DNA of 64,000 nt from Selaginella moellendorffii (taxonomy: Eukaryota > Plantae > Lycopodiophyta), in NCBI RefSeq assembly GCF_000143415.4, contig NW_003314290.1:921586-985585 (forward strand), given 5' to 3'. Every line of letters begins with the position of its first letter. Positions within the stretch are counted from its first letter, which is position 1. The translations under genes and the position numbers were made by a program. Positions 58,690-64,000 of the stretch are shown here, in pieces. The notes below the pieces were generated by a model. It was not told where the DNA came from. It saw only the letters and a program-made list of their open reading frames with translations, and searched no databases.

Positions 58690-60900
58690 TTCACAGTTAT
58701 CAAGGCCAAACAAGTATTTGAGAAAAATCTAATGAAGAATCTTGTCAATTGGAATGTTGTTATTGTAGCAATTGCTGTAGCAAGGGATCTAGAGGAGGCA
58801 TAGTGATTGTTTGATGGGATGCCTTTCTACAATCGTGTGTCATGGACAATGATGATCATTGCATATGTGGATTATGGAATGGTTGATGAAATGAAAAATT
58901 TGTTTCTTGCACTAGTGCACAAAGACATCATGTAATGCTTTCATGCTATGCCCAAAACTGGCATTTGGAGGAAGCCATGCCCTCTTCAATTAGATGCTAG
59001 AGCAAGATGTTTCGTCATATACAATGATGATATCAATTTTGGCATCAAGAAATGATTTAGAAAATGTGAAGGATCTATTTGATTCTTTGCCATTACGAAT
59101 TGTAGCTCTATGATTATGGCAAATGCCGAGAATGGGCAAATTGAAAAAGTGGCCATTATTTTCTTTGAGATGCCCAAGTGGGACTATTGCTCATGGAACA
59201 GCCTCCTAGGCACAATCATAGAGTCTGGGAGGATCAATGATGCAATTGTGATATTTTAGTGAATCCCTTTCAAAGACATAGTTTCATGGAACTTGATGAT
59301 CGTGGCTTGCGGCCATATCTGCAAGGCACAAGCTCTCTTTGCCGTGATGCTGCAGAGAAATGTTGTCTTCTGGAGCACAATGATCAAAGCTTATGCACAA
59401 TAGAGATTGACCATGGATGCAAAGATTGTGTTTGATTCCATGGAGTCTTGTGACACAATTGCATGGAACTCACTACTAGTGGCCTACCTCATGAGTGATT
59501 GAGTAGGTGATGCTAGAAAGTGTTTAATTCCATGCTTGATTGAGACGTAGTGTCGTGGATGTCAATCATCTCCGCCCATGCTGTGTGGGGCCAGATGCAT
59601 GCTCTTCAATTCCATGCCATGGTGTGTCGTGGCGGCATGGAACACAATCAGCTCCGATTATGCAAGCAGCAATCTTAATGAAGTGCAACTCCTTTTTGGT
59701 TAGATGCCCTATCGCAATTATAGTGCACCCTATCTCTCTCCTCTTAAGCCAATTGGAAAAGGGGTAATTGCTTAATGAAAGAGCCCTTAGTGGCTATTTT
59801 ATCCCCATTTATCCCTTAAAGTTCGAAGAATCCATAATGACAGTATATCCAAATTTCATCCCATGATCACATGCGCTACACTCACCCCCCCTTCAGAGAT
59901 ATTAATGTCTGTATTAACTATTGACTAACAACCCCTACTGAGCCAAGAAGAACCAACACCTCCATTATTGCATTGAATCTATCAATCTTTCTATTGTGTA
60001 GACTAACTATTTCATGTGAGGTAACTAGTCATCCACCCGTACCGCAATCCTACGGTGGATACTTTCGTTCATGGATACTCCACACAAGAGGAAGGACGTA
60101 CATATGGATGCCCAATATATATGATTTTAAATTTAGAGGAAAGAATATACTTTACCCAAGGGTATATTATATTTTTAAGTAACCATTAATCAATAGGAAT
60201 TGAACCCGTGCCATTTGCTCTGATACTACATGTAGCGCACCCTATCTGTCTCCCCTTAAACCAACTGGAAAAGGGGCAATTGCTTGATAGCCCTTAGTGA
60301 CTATTTTATCTCCATTTATCCCCCAAGGTTCCAAAGATCTACGGTGATAGTATATCCAAATCTCATCCCATGATCATATACGTTACAGCAATGCAAATGC
60401 CATGGTCACAACACTCGCATTTGGTGGTAGGATTGAGCAGGTTAAGCTCCTCTTTGATCGATTTGCATCACCCAACTTTGTGATCTCCATACTTGAGAAC
60501 TAGGTGAGGCCTACACCCAGTTTGGGAGGATTGAGGAAGCAAGGTGCTATTTGATTGCTTGAGCCCAGAGAATTGGGACTCTAGTGCGATCAAAGTGATC
60601 ATCGATGCATACGCCTAGGTTGTGGATGTTGTGGATCTTCTCCCAAATTGCTCATCCCGATGCCACGAGCTACATTGCCATGATCACAGCATTGGCCTTG
60701 AATGGGCATTTGCACAAGGCAAAGATCCTCTCCAAGGTGAGAGAGCAACACAGTGTCCTGGAACACCATCCTCATGAGCTACATCCAATTCGGCCATCTT
60801 GGCCCGGTGATGGCAATCTTCCACACCATGCTAGATCCAAATCTGGTCTCCTGGACAGTGGTGATCACTTGCATCACCCATAATCCTGGATTGCATTGAT
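58690..60900 (+). pseudogene. Decayed PLS-class PPR pseudogene interrupted by a TRIM
   Basis: Recognisable motifs (LFDGMP..VSWT, CSWNSLL, KDIVSWNLMI, QRNVVFWSTMI, SYIAMITALALNGHL) with many stops, frameshifts and CpG depletion. Confidence 0.85.
59719..60387 (-). mobile_element. TRIM (miniature non-autonomous LTR retrotransposon), complete
   Basis: Direct LTRs 59719-59880 and 60231-60387 (TG/TA...CA), 5-bp TSD GCAAT at 59714-59718 and 60388-60392, tRNA-iMet-type PBS T(A)GTATCAGAGC at 60228-60217, polypurine tract GAAGGGGGGGTGAG at 59894-59881, no coding capacity. Confidence 0.93.
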
Positions 60901-63900
60901 CGGCATAGGATCTTTTCTACGAGCTTCAGCAAGATCTGCTATAGAACACATGCATGTGACACGTGTTGCTGTGCCTTCCTCTCTCACTCCATGCAGTTGG
61001 CCACCTCCCATTGGCCGGGAGCAAACCTCAGCATGATTATTTGCTAGGACGTGGTTAAAGAAATAACTTACCCATAGGACAGCTGCAATTGTTTGGATTT
61101 GGCAGCCTAGAAAGTTCAACAACTCCTCCTTATTATTATAGATGATGGTATGGTAATACATTTGTTATAGCATTCATTTTGTCCTAACTAGACAATGGCC
61201 ATATAGAGTCCATACGAACTCAAATATGTATGCTGGTGATTGTCCACTGTCCAATCAGCCCATGGCCAAGCATGGAATACAAGTTAACCATGTTTTAATT
61301 TGCATAAGGTGGAAGGTGTCTTCATACGCTGGCATGGTATAGATTTCTGGTTTTCCACCAGATATGGCACCAATAAACAACAGAAAAAAATTAATTTGCA
61401 GCACGTTGTGGCTCTAAACCAGCTTAAGAGGTAGAGAATGTCAAATTTTGTCACTAATGGCTACCTTAAATATTATTTAGGGTTCTTGGAGAGTTGGGCA
61501 GCTAATAGAACGATGTGAGGAGAGCTCCCACAATGCCAATCTCAGCAGTATATGAGCTGCATTGCCATGATTCCTTCCCCTGTTTGAAAAACCCCTGGGT
61601 CCATTTCAAAAGTGCCCATCATGACTCTGTTTCAAGCATCAAGTTTTGGCAGGAAAGAGGTTTACCAAGTTGAGTAAACTTTGAGAAGAATTCTAAGATG
61701 CATCCACATCCCTCTACCAAAGAGAACCTTATCTTGAACTTGTGCCTCAAGGTAATTGCCATAATGCTCTACTACCTTATGAGTGCTCTCACCCTAGGGC
61801 AATGGGGCAGATAGCCTGTCCAAAAGTTGCATTAGGAAATCTAAAACCTCCAACACCACCATATAACATTTTTTTAGGTCAACATTCCATTGAGAATGAG
61901 CCTCCACTATTTCTCCAAATGTGACAATTGTTCTTTTCTCCATGAAGTGAATATGTAAAAAAGACTTCATTCCATGATAACTAGGGGATGGTCAAAAATT
62001 GAGTTGAGCTCAACTCAAGTCAATGCTAATCAATATAATCAACGATAAGTTTTATAAAGAAATCTCATGTCAGAAAAATGTTATTCATCAGTGAACTTGA
62101 AATTAATGAATTTAATTGTTAATGGTTTAGAGAAATTTATTTATTTTTAATCTATTAACAGAGAGAACTTCTATTTTCTAGTATGAGCTATACAATAAAA
62201 TACCAATTGAGTAGTTTCTAGAATTAGAATTTTGTTCAAACTTATATAATTGCTATTTTTTATATTCACAATATTCTGGTTAAAATGAGCTTTTTTGGGC
62301 CCAAATAAAAATGGGAAGATTGAATTTTGCCATGAACCTGAAAACTTCTATTATACATTTTGACAATTTAACATTTTAACATTTCAAAAATTGATTAGAA
62401 ATATATAAATAATTAAAAACCCTTATTCATTCATTCTCTAGAGTTTTACAAAGATGGAAAGCAAGAAAGATCAGAAATCTGTGAATAGTTTTAACATAAA
62501 GAAATGTAAGAATGTTAATTTTATTTTACTACCACAATCTCTATATTACACTTTTGGTTTTTATTACCCATCCGCAAATATAGAAACCATTATCACTATT
62601 GATAAAAATGTTTCTGTTACTTTCAAAACAATAGTTCAAAATAAGAGAAAAGAAGAAATGAACAACATAGCAAAAAGCATCAATAAATCCACTCCATAGA
62701 ATATTTTATAGTATATTTGTAACTCATTTAAGAAAAGTAAGTTGTTTGTTTATTTCCTATTCTTTTTTGTATAAGTATGATATATTATCATAGTGAATCT
62801 TTGCAAGGAGTAGTTAGTCTTTAGTTTATGGAACCCTAGAGCCACTTACCTCTTTGTAATTAATATGTAGCCCTATTACCGAGACTTATAATTAAGATTC
62901 AGTCTATTACCATATGATAATAAAACCTCAAGATTGAAATGTAGTATGCAAACAATATAATCATCAAAAAATTCTCATTGTTGTGGAGTGAGTAAGGCTT
63001 TTTCTACCTGAACTCGTGTTCTCACCCTTGCCTGCAAAATAGTGATAAACAAACAAAGACAAGAACGTAGAAGAAAAGAAGAAAAGAAAATGAGAATGAG
63101 AAGAGAAAAGAATATAAAATAACTCAGCCTTGAACCCTAAAGGCATAAGAAAGGATAAACATATATCACTCTCTCAACTCTACTTTACACAAACAGTTAT
63201 AGACAAGAGAAAAAATGTTTAATTCAATGCAAATGTATACAATAGTGAGTGGGGGTTGTTTTTCAGCATGTTTAAGTGTTATTTATATACTACATGATTT
63301 TATAACTGTTCCTAACTGCTTCTTGTCTAAGTCGGGTCATTCTTCTTTGCATGCATAAACTTAGGTGTAATTCCATTTTGCCTAAACTTCCTTTTTCTGC
63401 TTTGCCTTGAAAAATATACAAAATAAAACATTTACCTCTTCATCACTCCCCCATGACAAAGGTATTGCATGTCCTCAGATAGTCGACTTCTCCAAATCCT
63501 ACTCCAAACTGTTAAGCTTGGCCTTTATAGTGATAAGCTCGATTCTTCGAATTGCTAGCTCACTTAGCTAATTCGTAATCTTGTGAGCGAAGGCATAGCT
63601 AGTCTTGACTTTGTAGTGCTGTTGTAGCGTCTGCTGCTACTGTGGCTGCTTCATCTTGCTAGATTGATCTACTAAGATTGTGTTATTGTCAGATATATAG
63701 GTGGAGTAGAGAAAAATCCTAGTACTATTTTCTTTTTGTATAGGTAACTCCACAGATATAAGTCTTACTTACATTATGTACCTATAAAATAATCTAAATG
63801 TATTATCACACTTTCTTTGACAATAGTAAAGGTATCAGAAGTCAGACTTCTATATACTTTGAGCAGAATATTATCAAGTATTTCACTCAGTAATTCGTTG

Positions 63901-64000
63901 AATTATTTAAGCAATTTTATTAAATCTATCATTTACTGGCTTAATTAAACACACAAGATAGTTTAATTTTTGCTTTCTTATACTTTTGCTTTGTCACACA
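60900..64000. other. AT-rich, CpG-poor degenerate region (old TE or pseudogene debris, unresolved)
   Basis: No credible ORFs; composition resembles the other decayed segments; some splice-like signals on the minus strand near 63000-63500. Confidence 0.35.

Noticed and set aside
59719-60387. Cassandra-type element with a 5S rRNA domain
   Set aside because: No 5S-like sequence recognisable in the 160-bp LTRs.

Overview
Gene-dense eukaryotic (land plant) DNA. The very short GT-AG introns (about 47-100 nt), GC-rich exons, tiny intergenic spacers and PLS-class PPR genes suggest a lycophyte such as Selaginella; this is inference. About 24 protein-coding genes are recognisable: CRF-type AP2/ERF, LTPG-like GPI protein, LEA-like protein, RabH1, class II TCP, NDUFA9, PLS-E PPR, an atypical kinase-like protein, an atypical PTP, BOR, SURF2, LPA1, CDF-type Dof, U1A/U2B'', UTP15, RING-HC E3, SULTR, ASF1, PPR-SMR, CaM-dependent NAD kinase, CYP71-clan P450, MST/STR1, CPFC glutaredoxin and IQD. 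The window also holds a reciprocally decayed BOR-SURF2 tandem duplication around an AT-rich TE-like insert, and a complete 669-bp TRIM retroelement inside a PPR pseudogene. Best novel candidate: an intronless, GC-rich kinase-like gene resembling the mainly fungal DUF3669 family, lying head-to-head (134 bp between ATGs) with a tyrosine phosphatase lacking its pTyr-recognition loop. It is one of four ultra-compact divergent pairs, and the other three look functionally coherent. Exon boundaries were assigned by eye; no searches were run.
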